DNA from: Natronobacillus azotifigens
GTDB taxonomy: Bacteria > Bacillota > Bacilli > Bacillales > Amphibacillaceae
Length of the DNA: 32,000 bases
NCBI RefSeq assembly: GCF_026805325.1
Contig: NZ_JAPRAT010000028.1
Span: 2,249-34,248, forward strand
Direction of reading: 5' to 3'
A program made the translations under genes and the position numbers. Position 1 is the first letter of the stretch. Each line of letters starts with the position of its first letter. The notes under the pieces were generated by a model. That model did no database searches and had not been told where the DNA came from. It saw nothing but the letters and a program-made list of their open reading frames with translations. This document shows positions 18,723 to 28,231 of this stretch, piece after piece.

Positions 18723-21230
18723 TTATCGCCCGTGACATTGCTTGTATTTTTTTCCACTACCACAAGGACATGGGTCATTACGACCGACAGTTTCTGCTTT
18801 TACAAACGGTGTCTTCTTCTTTTGCTTTTTACCTTGATCACCAGATACGGCTGTCGCATTTTTTGCAACTTCTTGACGCTTTAAGTTTTGTCGAACTTGT
18901 GCTTTCATCACATAACGTGCCACATCTTCATTTATCGAGGCGACCATTTGTTCAAACATTGCAAAACCTTCCATTTGATACTCACGTAATGGGTCGTTTT
19001 GACCGTAAGCACGAAGGTGGATACCTTGACGAAGTTGATCCATTTGGTCAATATGATCCATCCATTTTGTGTCCACTGAACGTAATAAAATTACTTTTTC
19101 AAATTCACGCATTTGCTCTGGACCTAAATCTGCTTCTTTTTCCACATACTTTTCACGAACTTTATCCATAATAAACGCAATGATCTCGTCAGGTTCTTTA
19201 TCCTTCAAATCAGCTTCTGTTAGATAGTTTTCTTCGACTAAGTTTGCATGAACATACTCTGTAATCGCGTGTAAATCCCACTCTTGATGATCATCATCTT
19301 GTGTGTGCGTTTGTACAGTTTCGGTAACAACCGATTCGATCATTGTTTCAATAATTTCTCGTAAATTATCTGAATCAATTACATCAAAGCGCTGTTTATA
19401 AATAATTTCACGTTGTTCACGTAATACATCATCATAAGAAAGGATGTTTTTACGTGCATCAAAGTTATTTCCTTCCACTCGTTTCTGAGCAGATTCTACT
19501 GCCCTAGAGATCACTTTACTCTCGATCGGTTGCGAATCATCCATACCGAGCCGCTCCATCACTGCTCGCATGTTATCTGAACCGAAGCGTCGCATTAAAT
19601 TATCTTCCATAGATAAATAAAACTGTGTAACCCCAGGGTCTCCTTGTCGACCTGAACGACCACGTAACTGATTATCAATTCGGCGAGATTCATGACGTTC
19701 TGTTCCAATTACAGCTAACCCGCCAAGTTCAATGACACCTTTACCTAATTTAATATCTGTACCACGTCCTGCCATGTTGGTAGCTATCGTGACAGAACCT
19801 AGTTGACCAGCATTTTCAATAATCTCTGCTTCTCGATAATGATTTTTTGCATTTAAAACATTATGATTAACTCCTGCCCTTTTTAACAATTGTGAGATTA
19901 GCTCAGAGGTTTCAACTGCCACTGTACCTACGAGAACAGGTTGACCTGATTGATTACGTTTTTTAATTTCTTCTACAACTGCACGATATTTCCCATCTAT
20001 TGTTTTAAAAATTAAGTCTGGACGATCATCACGCACAATTGGTTTGTTCGTAGGAATCGCAAGGACATTCATGTTGTAAATGTTGCGAAATTCTTCTTCT
20101 TCCGTCTTTGCAGTACCCGTCATACCAGCTAATTTCTCATACATACGGAAATAGTTCTGGAATGTGATCGAAGCTAATGTCATGCTTTCATTCTGAATTT
20201 GCAAACCTTCTTTTGCTTCAATTGCTTGGTGAAGACCATCACTATAACGGCGGCCTTTCATTAAACGTCCCGTAAATTGGTCAACAATGACAACTTCGCC
20301 TTCTTCCACTACATAATCCGTGTCTCGATGCATGGAAGCATGGGCTTTTAACGCTTGATTAATGTGATGGGTTAATGTAACATTCTCCAAGTCAAATAAG
20401 TTCTCTACACCAAAGAAGTTTTCGGCTTTATTAATACCTTCTTCTGTTAGTTGAACCCCTTTTGTTTTTTCATCAAAACTAAAATCAGCTTCTTTTTTTA
20501 ATGTGCGTACAAATGCATTAGCTTGCTGATAAAGACTTGCTGACTTACGGGCAGAACCCGATATAATTAACGGTGTACGTGCTTCATCAATTAAAATCGA
20601 ATCGACCTCATCAATTATCGCAAAATGCAAAGGACGTTGTACCATTTGATTTTTGTAAAGTACCATATTATCACGTAAATAATCAAAACCAAATTCGTTA
20701 TTAGTTCCATAAGTGATATCTGCTAGGTATGCTTCACGTTTTTGTTCTTTTGTTAGACTGTTAACATTTAAACCGACAGTTAATCCAAGAAATTCAAAAA
20801 GTTGTCCCATTTCTCGTGCATCACGATCTGCTAAATATTCATTTACGGTAATAATGTGAACACCTTTACCTGATAACGCGTTTAAATAGGCAGGCATCGT
20901 TGAGGATAACGTTTTTCCTTCCCCAGTTTTCATTTCTGCAATATCTCCGCCGTGCAAAACAATGGCACCTAATAACTGCACAGGGAAGGGACGCATATTT
21001 AATACACGTTTTGATGCTTCGCGAACAAGTGCATAGGCTTCTACCATCAAGTCATCCAAGGTTTCACCGTCTTGATAACGTTTTTTAAATTCGCTAGTTT
21101 TCTCCTGTATTGCATAATCAGACAATTGTTCATATTCCGATTCCAACGCTTCTATTTCATCGACTGACTTTTGAAGTTGATTTAATTGACGTTGGTTACC
21201 GTCAAACATCTTTTTAAGTAATCCACGCAT
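18723..21230 (-). CDS. secA: preprotein translocase ATPase SecA
   Basis: The 835-aa ORF has the SD AGAGGAG. Motifs include MKTGEGKTL (Walker A) and the [23 protein letters not shown]-like box. The C-terminal zinc-binding tail is [14 protein letters not shown]. Confidence 0.97.
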   Translation of the reverse strand: MRGLLKKMFDGNQRQLNQLQKSVDEIEALESEYEQLSDYAIQEKTSEFKKRYQDGETLDDLMVEAYALVREASKRVLNMRPFPVQLLGAIVLHGGDIAEMKTGEGKTLSSTMPAYLNALSGKGVHIITVNEYLADRDAREMGQLFEFLGLTVGLNVNSLTKEQKREAYLADITYGTNNEFGFDYLRDNMVLYKNQMVQRPLHFAIIDEVDSILIDEARTPLIISGSARKSASLYQQANAFVRTLKKEADFSFDEKTKGVQLTEEGINKAENFFGVENLFDLENVTLTHHINQALKAHASMHRDTDYVVEEGEVVIVDQFTGRLMKGRRYSDGLHQAIEAKEGLQIQNESMTLASITFQNYFRMYEKLAGMTGTAKTEEEEFRNIYNMNVLAIPTNKPIVRDDRPDLIFKTIDGKYRAVVEEIKKRNQSGQPVLVGTVAVETSELISQLLKRAGVNHNVLNAKNHYREAEIIENAGQLGSVTIATNMAGRGTDIKLGKGVIELGGLAVIGTERHESRRIDNQLRGRSGRQGDPGVTQFYLSMEDNLMRRFGSDNMRAVMERLGMDDSQPIESKVISRAVESAQKRVEGNNFDARKNILSYDDVLREQREIIYKQRFDVIDSDNLREIIETMIESVVTETVQTHTQDDDHQEWDLHAITEYVHANLVEENYLTEADLKDKEPDEIIAFIMDKVREKYVEKEADLGPEQMREFEKVILLRSVDTKWMDHIDQMDQLRQGIHLRAYGQNDPLREYQMEGFAMFEQMVASINEDVARYVMKAQVRQNLKRQEVAKNATAVSGDQGKKQKKKTPFVKAETVGRNDPCPCGSGKKYKQCHGR

Positions 21231-21712
21231 AATATACGCTCCTCTATTTAGTAAAAATGGCTAACAATACATGCTGTTAATCTACCCCTTATCATAACAC
21301 TAGCATATGGCAAAAACAAGAATGTTTCTCTAGTGATAAATTAAGCTACGAAAGGGTACAATACAATGATTAGTGCACATGATTTCATAGTTTGTACTAC
21401 TCATCATCATTTTTTAAAAAAATCAACTGGTATGAAATACATATAGTCCAAAATTGCCTTCAATACGTTATAATCGTTGCTTTTGCAAGGCTCCTACCTC
21501 TGGTTGCCAATACCGTTTTACATTTGGATGATTCAGTTGCTTTATTACTTGTCTAGCAGATTCTGCTCTATCTCTTAGGGAGCCACCATGATACTATAGC
21601 AAGATGGGAATTCATTTTTATCAACTAATTCAGCGATTCGAATACCATCGTTAACTATTGCATCTTAGTAGCTAAGTCAGCAAATCAAACATTGAAAATG
21701 TTTCTGATGAAA

Positions 21713-22336
21713 TTATTGCTCATTTAAAGCATCCAAAACGAGTTCCACACGATCCCAATTTCTTCCGGTGGCAGGGAAGAAAATATAACTGGATTCAAAC
21801 GTTTCATGTTCCTTAAAGGGAAACATTTCTTTCGCACTGATCGCATAAATTTCCTCATCAACAATAAGTAATTCATGTCCCGCTTCTTCAAATCTAGAAA
21901 CATCAATTTTATCCGTTATTGGTACAAAAATGTCTTCATTAATTAGCTGCTCAATAAAAGCAACATTTGTAACGAAAAGATCAATTTGACCTAACGTAAG
22001 ACTAATAAACATTCTCTCCGTCATTTCGTAAGGGTTATTTTCTAACAGACCACTTTCATGGTATACATGCTCAAAATACAAGTCAAAATCATCGAAAACG
22101 AATTCATACATTTCTTGCTCTATTGCTCTAATTTCTTCATCATCCGCTTCGCTAACTACTGTTATTCCCAACACTTCAGGTTCGGATCTGAAAGCCCCTC
22201 CAATAATAAAGACGACAAAAAATAGAAAAGCTATTGTACCAACAATATGGATCTTATAATACTCCCAAATATAATCGAGTTTTTCTTTTCGTGACATCCC
22301 CTGTAAAGCATCTCGCAAACGCAACCCCAACCCCAT
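21713..22336 (-). CDS. hypothetical N-terminally membrane-anchored protein (207 aa)
   Basis: The ORF has the SD AAAGGGGTG 7 nt upstream of ATG 22336. It has a single predicted TM (IVGTIAFLFFVVFIIGGAF) followed by an acidic soluble domain. I do not recognise any family motif. Confidence 0.6.
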   Translation of the reverse strand: MGLGLRLRDALQGMSRKEKLDYIWEYYKIHIVGTIAFLFFVVFIIGGAFRSEPEVLGITVVSEADDEEIRAIEQEMYEFVFDDFDLYFEHVYHESGLLENNPYEMTERMFISLTLGQIDLFVTNVAFIEQLINEDIFVPITDKIDVSRFEEAGHELLIVDEEIYAISAKEMFPFKEHETFESSYIFFPATGRNWDRVELVLDALNEQ

Positions 22337-22911
22337 ATAACTGCACCCCTTTTTTTATTCTAGTATGGGAAAACACTTACCATCATGCTGGTAAGTATAG
22401 TTTTTTTCTTCGAGATTTGTACACCTTTTTTTTGGTTTTCTTTATGGTACTTTCTATGTTACGTAAATCTTTTAAATCAGTAACCAGTGTTTCAAAGAGT
22501 TAATATCATGGTCTTGCAACTGAATAGAATGCATCCATTAAGTGAACCCGCTAAAACTTGATCTCCAATCATTTTACACGCTATGGTGAATTTTTCAACA
22601 ATTATTATATCCGTGAGAATATGGAAGTAATTTCAATCCAGAAGACTGGTCGCTATTCCTCCACAAATATTCGTTGTACCATGCGAGATGTTAGTTCCCA
22701 ACATTCTAATTATAGAATTTCCCCTCGTATACAACATTGTTTAAAATGTTTTCAAAAATGGGAGAGTGCTAGTATAACACAACTTACTGGGGCACAACCA
22801 GCTAATGGAGTTTCTGTTAACCTTGCTCGCTAATTCACCATTTTATCTACTCAGACGAGCAAAAAAAACTCTCGGTTCGCTCTTTATACTCACACATTGA
22901 TTATATAATTT

Positions 22912-22941
22912 GAGCCTGCTTCCCAAAAGGGAAACAGGCTC
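22912..22941 (-). terminator. stem-loop downstream of xylB (possible terminator, no clear U tract)
   Basis: A 13-bp stem GAGCCTGCTTCCC / GGGAAACAGGCTC has one mismatch and an AAAA loop. It lies 80 nt after the xylB stop, and the flanks are A/T mixed rather than a U run. Confidence 0.45.
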
Positions 22942-23021
22942 ATCAAAGGCATATTTATATAATCATTCGTTTATCAGATCCAGCTTTTCCTTATCAAAAA
23001 GGAAATACAAATTAGACGATT

Positions 23022-24518
23022 TTATCGGAAGGACATTAAGTTTTGGTTTAGCTCTTTCGTTTGTTGATAAACTTGACGATACAGCTGATACAATGATTGA
23101 TATTTTTTCACATGATCTGGAATTGGTTCGTATACATCTGCCTCCATTAAAAAATGATCTGCACATGCTTGTAGTGTCGAGAACCAACCGCAACCAAGGG
23201 CTGCCAACATTGCTGCTCCCATTCCTGGTCCTTGTTCACTTTTCAGTCGAACAATTTTTGCATTAAAAATGTCTGCTTGCATTTGTAACCAAACCGGATT
23301 TTTTGCTCCACCACCAATGGAATAAACAGTATCAATCTGTTTACCTTTTTCACGAAATATTTCAATGGATTCTTGAAGCGAAAAGGTTATTCCTTCTAAA
23401 ACCGCACGCGTGAAATCGACTAGTCGATGAGTCGTGTCCATTCCAATAAAACTAGCCCGAATCGTCGCATCGGCATGTGGTGTTCGTTCACCAACAAGGT
23501 ATGGCGTGAATAACAACCCGTTTGCACCAATAGGGACAGAAGCTATATCAGCTAACAATGCTTCAAACGATAAACCTGACGCAAAAGTATCTCTAAACCA
23601 CGAAAGACTATGACCTGCTGATAATGTCACACCCATTGCGTAATATGCATCCTTCTCGCCATGATTGAAGTAATGCACTTTCCCCTCATAATCTTTTTCT
23701 CCACTCGGTTCATAAGATAACACAACACCCGAAGTTCCAATGCTGGCAAACGTTTTCCCCTCTGATAAGATGCCTGACCCAATTGCACCACAAGCATTAT
23801 CTGCTCCACCCGCAAACACTTTTGTCTTGCTAGACAATCCGATGCTAGCTGCTAACTCAGGAATGATTGTTCCTACTTTCTCACTTGATTCAACTAATGG
23901 AGGACAAAGTGATTGTGGAATATCAACTGTAGCACAAATCTCCGCACTCCAATCTTTAGCCGCTACATCCAATAAACCAGTTCCGGCGGCATCAGAATAA
24001 TCCATAGCTAACTGTTTGGTCAGACGATAACGTAAATAATCTTTTGGTAATAAAAACGTTGTAGCTTTAGCAAAAAGGTCTGGTTCATTTTCTTTTACCC
24101 AAATGATTTTTGGTAGAGTGAATCCCTCTAATGCCAAATTTTTCGTTATTTCGATATAACGTTCTTTACCTACTTTTTGATAGATTGTCTCGCATTGTTT
24201 AGTAGTTCTCGTATCGTTCCATAAAATCGCTGGACGAAGTGGAGTATTTGTTTGATCCAATAAAACCAAACCGTGCATTTGTCCAGAGAAGCTAATTCCT
24301 TCTATTAATGTAATCTCTCCATCAAATCGCTTGGTTAATTCTTTCATAGCTAATATGGTCTGGGTAAACCATTGCTCTGGTTCTTGTTCGCTATATCCAG
24401 CTTTTGGTTGCAATAATGGATAATCTTTGGCTTCTTGATCCACTACCTCACCGTTCTCGTTTACCAGTAACACCTTTACCGCACTGGTACCTAAGTCAAC
24501 ACCCATTACATACTTCAT
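23022..24518 (-). CDS. xylB: xylulokinase (FGGY carbohydrate kinase)
   Basis: The track ORF is 23022..24557. I start it at ATG 24518 (MKYVMGVDLGTSAVKVLLVNENGE), with the SD GGAAGAGGTG 5 nt upstream. FGGY N- and C-terminal motifs are present (GGGAKNPVWLQMQADIFN). It lies directly downstream of xylA. Confidence 0.9.
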   Translation of the reverse strand: MKYVMGVDLGTSAVKVLLVNENGEVVDQEAKDYPLLQPKAGYSEQEPEQWFTQTILAMKELTKRFDGEITLIEGISFSGQMHGLVLLDQTNTPLRPAILWNDTRTTKQCETIYQKVGKERYIEITKNLALEGFTLPKIIWVKENEPDLFAKATTFLLPKDYLRYRLTKQLAMDYSDAAGTGLLDVAAKDWSAEICATVDIPQSLCPPLVESSEKVGTIIPELAASIGLSSKTKVFAGGADNACGAIGSGILSEGKTFASIGTSGVVLSYEPSGEKDYEGKVHYFNHGEKDAYYAMGVTLSAGHSLSWFRDTFASGLSFEALLADIASVPIGANGLLFTPYLVGERTPHADATIRASFIGMDTTHRLVDFTRAVLEGITFSLQESIEIFREKGKQIDTVYSIGGGAKNPVWLQMQADIFNAKIVRLKSEQGPGMGAAMLAALGCGWFSTLQACADHFLMEADVYEPIPDHVKKYQSLYQLYRQVYQQTKELNQNLMSFR

Positions 24519-24635
24519 CTGTACACCTCTTCCTAAGAGAAAAATCGCTTCGTCCATTGCTTTGCGGTTCCATTATAGTTTTCCAAAAAAAGCTCAACAT
24601 ACCGACTCTTTTACATTACCCTTAATGAATAAGGG

Positions 24636-24689
24636 GAAATTCAATCAGTGAGGTTTTTATCCTCCCCACTGATTGAAGTTTCACTTTAT
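24636..24689 (+). repeat. intergenic repeat, copy E (hairpin-1 module only)
   Basis: The sequence is CAATCAGTGAGG (24642-24653) TTTTTAT CCTCCCCACTGATTG (24661-24675) AAGTTTCACTTTAT. The last 20 nt before the final T are identical to copies A, B and F. TTA at 24686-24688 is the xylA stop codon on the other strand. Weak similarity may extend left to about 24608. Confidence 0.85.
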
Positions 24690-26011
24690 TGATTTGCAAT
24701 TGCTTTAAATAAGTACTGGTTAATAGTTGCTTTAATAACTTCTAATCGGCCAGACTGATGTTTAATTTCCCCTAACGATAATGCGTGTGCTTCTAATTTT
24801 TTAAAATCTGTTGCTCCATTCACTATATCCAAGCCGATTCCCTCACTAAATGTATGGTAACGGTCTGCTAGTATGGACTCAAATACTTGATCATCAATCA
24901 TTTTTTGCGCTACCTTATACCCGATAGCAAAGCTGTCCATTCCAGCAATATGTGCATGGAATAAATCTTCTGCTTCAAAGGAACCTCTGCGCACTTTGGC
25001 ATCAAAATTTAAACCTCCTGAACCTAAACCACCATTTTTAATGATTTCATACATTGCTAGTACGGTAGAATATAAGTCTGTTGGAAACTCATCAGTATCC
25101 CAACCTAATAAAGGATCTCCTTGGTTTGCATCTACGGAACCTAACATACCATTTACTCGCGCATAGCGTAATTCATGTTCAAATGTATGACCAGCTAAAG
25201 TAGCGTGGTTCGCTTCAATGTTTAGCTTGAAGTGATCTTGCAATCCATAATTAAGTAAAAAAGCGTGGGTAGACTGACTATCAAAATCATATTGGTGCGT
25301 CGTTGGTTCTTTTGGTTTTGGCTCAATTAAAAACTGTGCATCAAAGTCAATTTCCCGCGCATAGTCTACTGCCATTTGGAAAAAACGCGCTAGATTGTCT
25401 TGTTCCAGTTTTAAATCCGTGTTTAACAAAGTTTCATAACCTTCACGTCCACCCCAAAACACATAATTTTCTCCACCTAATTCTTTCCCAATCTCCAATC
25501 CTTTTTTCACCTTAGCTGCAGCATAAGCAAAGACATCTGCATGATTAGAAGATGCCGCTCCATGAACAAATCGTGGGTGTGTAAAGTTATTCGCAGTATT
25601 CCATAATAATTTCACACCACTATCTTTCATATAACCTTTTATCATTGAAACGATAGTGTCTAAATTTTTATATGATTCTCGCAGACTGTTTCCTTCTGGT
25701 GCAATGTCAACATCATGAAAACAAAAATACTTCACTCCCAGTTTTTCAAAAAATTCAAAAGCTGCTTCCACTCTTGCTTTTGCTTGATCCATTCCAGTCA
25801 AGTGATCCCAAGGTCGGATCGCCGTTCCTGCTCCAAATGGATCCGATAAATCCTGAGTTAACGTATGCCAATACGCAACACCGAATCGCAAAAACTCTTC
25901 CATTGTTTGACCATTGATTTTTTCCGTTGGATTATAAAATTTAAATGCCAAAGGATTCTTTGAGTCTATTCCTTCAAAATTAATTTGTTTAACGCTTTCA
26001 AAATAAGTCAT
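24686..26011 (-). CDS. xylA: xylose isomerase
   Basis: The 441-aa ORF has the SD AAGGGGG 8 nt upstream. Diagnostic blocks are [48 protein letters not shown] and GWDTDEFP. Confidence 0.96.
   Translation of the reverse strand: MTYFESVKQINFEGIDSKNPLAFKFYNPTEKINGQTMEEFLRFGVAYWHTLTQDLSDPFGAGTAIRPWDHLTGMDQAKARVEAAFEFFEKLGVKYFCFHDVDIAPEGNSLRESYKNLDTIVSMIKGYMKDSGVKLLWNTANNFTHPRFVHGAASSNHADVFAYAAAKVKKGLEIGKELGGENYVFWGGREGYETLLNTDLKLEQDNLARFFQMAVDYAREIDFDAQFLIEPKPKEPTTHQYDFDSQSTHAFLLNYGLQDHFKLNIEANHATLAGHTFEHELRYARVNGMLGSVDANQGDPLLGWDTDEFPTDLYSTVLAMYEIIKNGGLGSGGLNFDAKVRRGSFEAEDLFHAHIAGMDSFAIGYKVAQKMIDDQVFESILADRYHTFSEGIGLDIVNGATDFKKLEAHALSLGEIKHQSGRLEVIKATINQYLFKAIANQ
25986..26000 (-). promoter_or_regulatory. 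possible catabolite-responsive element (cre) inside the first codons of xylA
   Basis: The minus strand reads TGAAAGCGTTAAACA (codons 4-9 of xylA). The left half and centre match the cre consensus WTGNAANCGNWNNCW. The right-arm CA is displaced by 1 nt, so this is only a near match. Confidence 0.35.
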
Positions 26012-26060
26012 TAAAATAACCCCCTTCTAATTTAGCAAGCATTTGCTTAGCTTTAATAAA

Positions 26061-26089
26061 ATTATAGCAAGTTAAACTTAGTTTGTCTA
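26061..26089 (-). promoter_or_regulatory. candidate sigma-A promoter of xylAB
   Basis: On the minus strand there is a -35 TAGACA (26089..26084), a 17-nt spacer, and a -10 TATAAT (26066..26061). This lies about 50 nt upstream of the xylA ATG. Confidence 0.6.
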
Positions 26090-26106
26090 GCGGACAAACT
26101 AAGTTT
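26074..26106. promoter_or_regulatory. xyl operator (XylR binding site)
   Basis: This is a perfect 14-bp inverted repeat, AAACTTAGTTTGTC tagcg GACAAACTAAGTTT. The arms contain TTAGTTTGT / ACAAACTAA, as in the B. subtilis/B. megaterium xylO as I recall it. It sits in the xylR-xylA divergent region and overlaps the -35 and spacer of the xylA promoter. Confidence 0.8.
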
Positions 26107-26175
26107 ATAGTAATCTTTTCTTTTTTATGTTACATTAATAGTAATTTAACCTGAACAAAAAAATAACGTCGAACG

Positions 26176-26246
26176 CAACCGTTAGTTCCCTTCCCACTTT
26201 AACAACTACTGAGGGGAATCTTATAAACGGTTTCCGTCAGATAACA
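26176..26246 (-). repeat. intergenic repeat, copy G (diverged hairpin-2 module, apex deleted)
   Basis: The plus strand reads CAACCGTTAGTTCCCTTCCCACTTTAACAACTACTGAGGGGAATCTTATAAACGGTTTCCGTCAGATAAC. It aligns with copy F at CGTCCGTTACTCCCACTTAAACAAC...GAAGTGGGAGTCTTACGGACGGTTGCTCCGGGATAAA. The right half matches about 21 of 36 positions by hand count. It ends at ATAAC, just before the xylR RBS. The boundaries are approximate. Confidence 0.5.
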
Positions 26247-26267
26247 AGGGAGAAAGAGTGAGTAATC

Positions 26268-27455
26268 GTGAATCAAACGTGGAATCAACAGATCATAAAA
26301 AAAGAAAACAAAATGCTTGTATTAGAAACTGTCAAAGCAAATACCCCTTTATCTCGAGCAAATGTTGCTCAACTTACCGGATTAAATAAAGGAACGGTAT
26401 CGTCGTTGGTAAGTGAACTTATTGAAGAGGATTTTATTCATGAATCTGGTCCTGGTGAGTCCAGTGGTGGTAGAAGGCCTGTCATGTTACTATTTAATCG
26501 TCGAGCTGGCTATACCCTTTCAATCGATTTAGGTGTTGGTTATATTTGGGGGTTGTTAACCGATTTAACTGGAGATATCGTTTTAGAAGAACGGATACAT
26601 TTCCAGAAAAAAGAATTCAATGCTGTTCTTCCTAAATTAATTGAGTTCATCACCAAACTTCATGCTGCTGCTCCAACAAGTACTTATGGAATTATCGGAA
26701 TTGGCATTGGAGTGCCTGGTGTAGTCAGCAAACAAGGAGAAGTTTTACTTGCCCCTAACCTTGACTGGAAAAGAATTCAATTGAAACAAGTATTAGAAAA
26801 TTATTTTTCTACCCCTGTAATCATTGAAAATGAAGCAAACGCAGGAGCTTATGGAGAAATGAAATTCGGTTCTGGCCAGACAGCTAATCACATGATTTAT
26901 GCAAGTATTGGAAATGGTATTGGGATGGGATTAATATTAAATGGAGAATTATATAGTGGTTTACATGGGTTCGCTGGGGAAATTGGTCATATGACGATTG
27001 ACAATGATGGGATCGCTTGTCGCTGTGGTAACGTCGGTTGCTGGGAAAGATATGCTTCTGAACAAGCATTAATCGAGAAAGCAATACAATTGGAAATCAT
27101 CTCCCCAAATGAACTTGCTCCATTTGATCGATTAATTGAGTATGCTAGTAACGGGGATCACTCAACCATTCATTTATTTGAGAACATTGCTGAATATATA
27201 GGAATGGGATTAACTAACTGTATCAATATCTTTAATCCTGAACTTGTTATTATTGGGAATCAATTTATTCGAGCGGAGCGGTGGATTCGCCCTGTCATCG
27301 AAAAATATATACAGAAGCATACGATTGGTTTTCATCAAGAAGAGCTAAAAATTCAGTTTGCAGAGCCTAAATTTCATTCTTCAGCAGTAGGAATGGCGGC
27401 ATTTACTATCGAGGCATTTTTTCACAATCAAAACCAATCCAATGGACATAACTAA
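26268..27455 (+). CDS. xylR: xylose repressor XylR (ROK family)
   Basis: The 395-aa ORF starts at GTG. It has an N-terminal wHTH (LSRANVAQLTGLNKGTVSSLVSELI) and SSGGRRPVMLLFN. ROK motifs are present (ENEANAGAYGE, and the zinc motif CRCGNVGCWERYAS). It is divergent from xylAB, with the operator between them. Confidence 0.9.
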   Translation: MNQTWNQQIIKKENKMLVLETVKANTPLSRANVAQLTGLNKGTVSSLVSELIEEDFIHESGPGESSGGRRPVMLLFNRRAGYTLSIDLGVGYIWGLLTDLTGDIVLEERIHFQKKEFNAVLPKLIEFITKLHAAAPTSTYGIIGIGIGVPGVVSKQGEVLLAPNLDWKRIQLKQVLENYFSTPVIIENEANAGAYGEMKFGSGQTANHMIYASIGNGIGMGLILNGELYSGLHGFAGEIGHMTIDNDGIACRCGNVGCWERYASEQALIEKAIQLEIISPNELAPFDRLIEYASNGDHSTIHLFENIAEYIGMGLTNCINIFNPELVIIGNQFIRAERWIRPVIEKYIQKHTIGFHQEELKIQFAEPKFHSSAVGMAAFTIEAFFHNQNQSNGHN

Positions 27456-27550
27456 AGCATGATCTCCTAGCATTGTTAGAAACATAATCCTTCCTTATAC
27501 GTAATAGTGGTATCAAATTTTTGTCTTAAGTAAAATGGTTCTTTATGCTA

Positions 27551-27585
27551 AGAGACCATCGCAAACTTGCATTGCGATGGTCTCT
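27551..27585. terminator. shared stem-loop terminator between convergent xylR and hpf
   Basis: A perfect 12-bp stem AGAGACCATCGC / GCGATGGTCTCT has an 11-nt loop. On the plus strand T-rich sequence follows (ATGTAAGATTATTTATTTTTT). The minus-strand tail is not U-rich. Confidence 0.65.
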
Positions 27586-27604
27586 ATGTAAGATTATTTA
27601 TTTT

Positions 27605-28150
27605 TTAATTCGGTTCAATTAAGGCATATTTTCCGTCATTTCTTCGGTAAACTACATTGGTATCTCCAGATTCTGCATTGGTAAATACAAAGAAGTTGTG
27701 ACCTAGCATATCCATTTGTAAAATTGCTTCCTCTGAATCCATTGGTTTTAGATCGAATCGTTTCGTACGAACAATTTCTAAACCATCTTCTTCGTCATAG
27801 TCTAATGTTTCATCTTCCATTTCAGCAAAAACATGTTTTGGAGCACCTTTTTGACGGATTCTTCGATTGATTTTGGTTTTATATTTTCTAATTTGTCGTT
27901 CTAACTTATCTACTACTAAATCAATTGCTGCATACAAATCTGTATGCTTTTCCTCCGCTCTTAGTAATAAGTTCGGCATTGGAATCGTAACCTCAATTTC
28001 TTGCTCTTCATTATAGACACTTAAATTCACATTGACATCTGACGTTGGAGGGGTGTCAAAATAACGTTCTAGCTTGCTAATCTTTTTCTCCACATACTCT
28101 TTTATTGCTCCTGTCACCTCAACGTTTTCACCTCTAATGTTATATTTCAT
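27605..28150 (-). CDS. hpf: ribosome hibernation promoting factor, long form (YvyD-type)
   Basis: The 181-aa ORF has the SD GAAAGGAGGA. Its N-terminal YfiA/S30AE domain opens MKYNIRGENVEVTGAIKEYVEKKISKLERYF. Its C-terminal dimerisation domain is EAILQMDMLGHNFFVFTNAESGDTNVVYRRNDGKYALIEP. Confidence 0.95.
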   Translation of the reverse strand: MKYNIRGENVEVTGAIKEYVEKKISKLERYFDTPPTSDVNVNLSVYNEEQEIEVTIPMPNLLLRAEEKHTDLYAAIDLVVDKLERQIRKYKTKINRRIRQKGAPKHVFAEMEDETLDYDEEDGLEIVRTKRFDLKPMDSEEAILQMDMLGHNFFVFTNAESGDTNVVYRRNDGKYALIEPN

Positions 28151-28184
28151 AAAAGTGTCCTCCTTTCTATATCTATAATACTTT

Positions 28185-28210
28185 ATACCCTTTTCTTAAT
28201 AGGAATAAAC
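28185..28210 (-). promoter_or_regulatory. SigB-type promoter of hpf
   Basis: The minus strand reads GTTTAT (28210..28205), a 14-nt spacer, then GGGTAT (28190..28185). The SigB consensus is GTTTAA-N12-15-GGGTAT. The -10 lies about 35 nt upstream of the hpf ATG. B. subtilis yvyD/hpf is known to have a SigB promoter. Confidence 0.7.
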
Positions 28211-28231
28211 CAAAAACAGAAAAATATTTTT

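Noticed and set aside
21556-21625. An HTH-like peptide (LLGSHHDTIARWEF) as evidence for a transposase pseudogene
   Set aside because: The frame is only about 23 codons and is interrupted by stops on both sides, and the similarity is generic. It cannot be supported without a database search.
22558-22833. A 91-aa plus-strand ORF in the gap between the hypothetical gene and xylB
   Set aside because: It has a TTG start and no SD. Its composition is Cys/His/Arg-rich and unlike its neighbours, with no recognisable motif. It is treated as non-coding or a decayed remnant; see the finding on ORF-poor stretches.
26034-26047. The imperfect palindrome AGCAAGCATTTGCT in the xylA 5' UTR, as a cre or a second XylR site
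   Set aside because: The arms are only 5 bp. It lacks the central CG of the cre consensus and has no similarity to the operator half-site TTAGTTTGT.
21231-27455. The xyl region as a recent horizontally acquired genomic island
   Set aside because: There is no integrase, tRNA target or direct repeats at the borders. I see no compositional break by eye. Only a synteny difference from B. subtilis supports an insertion.
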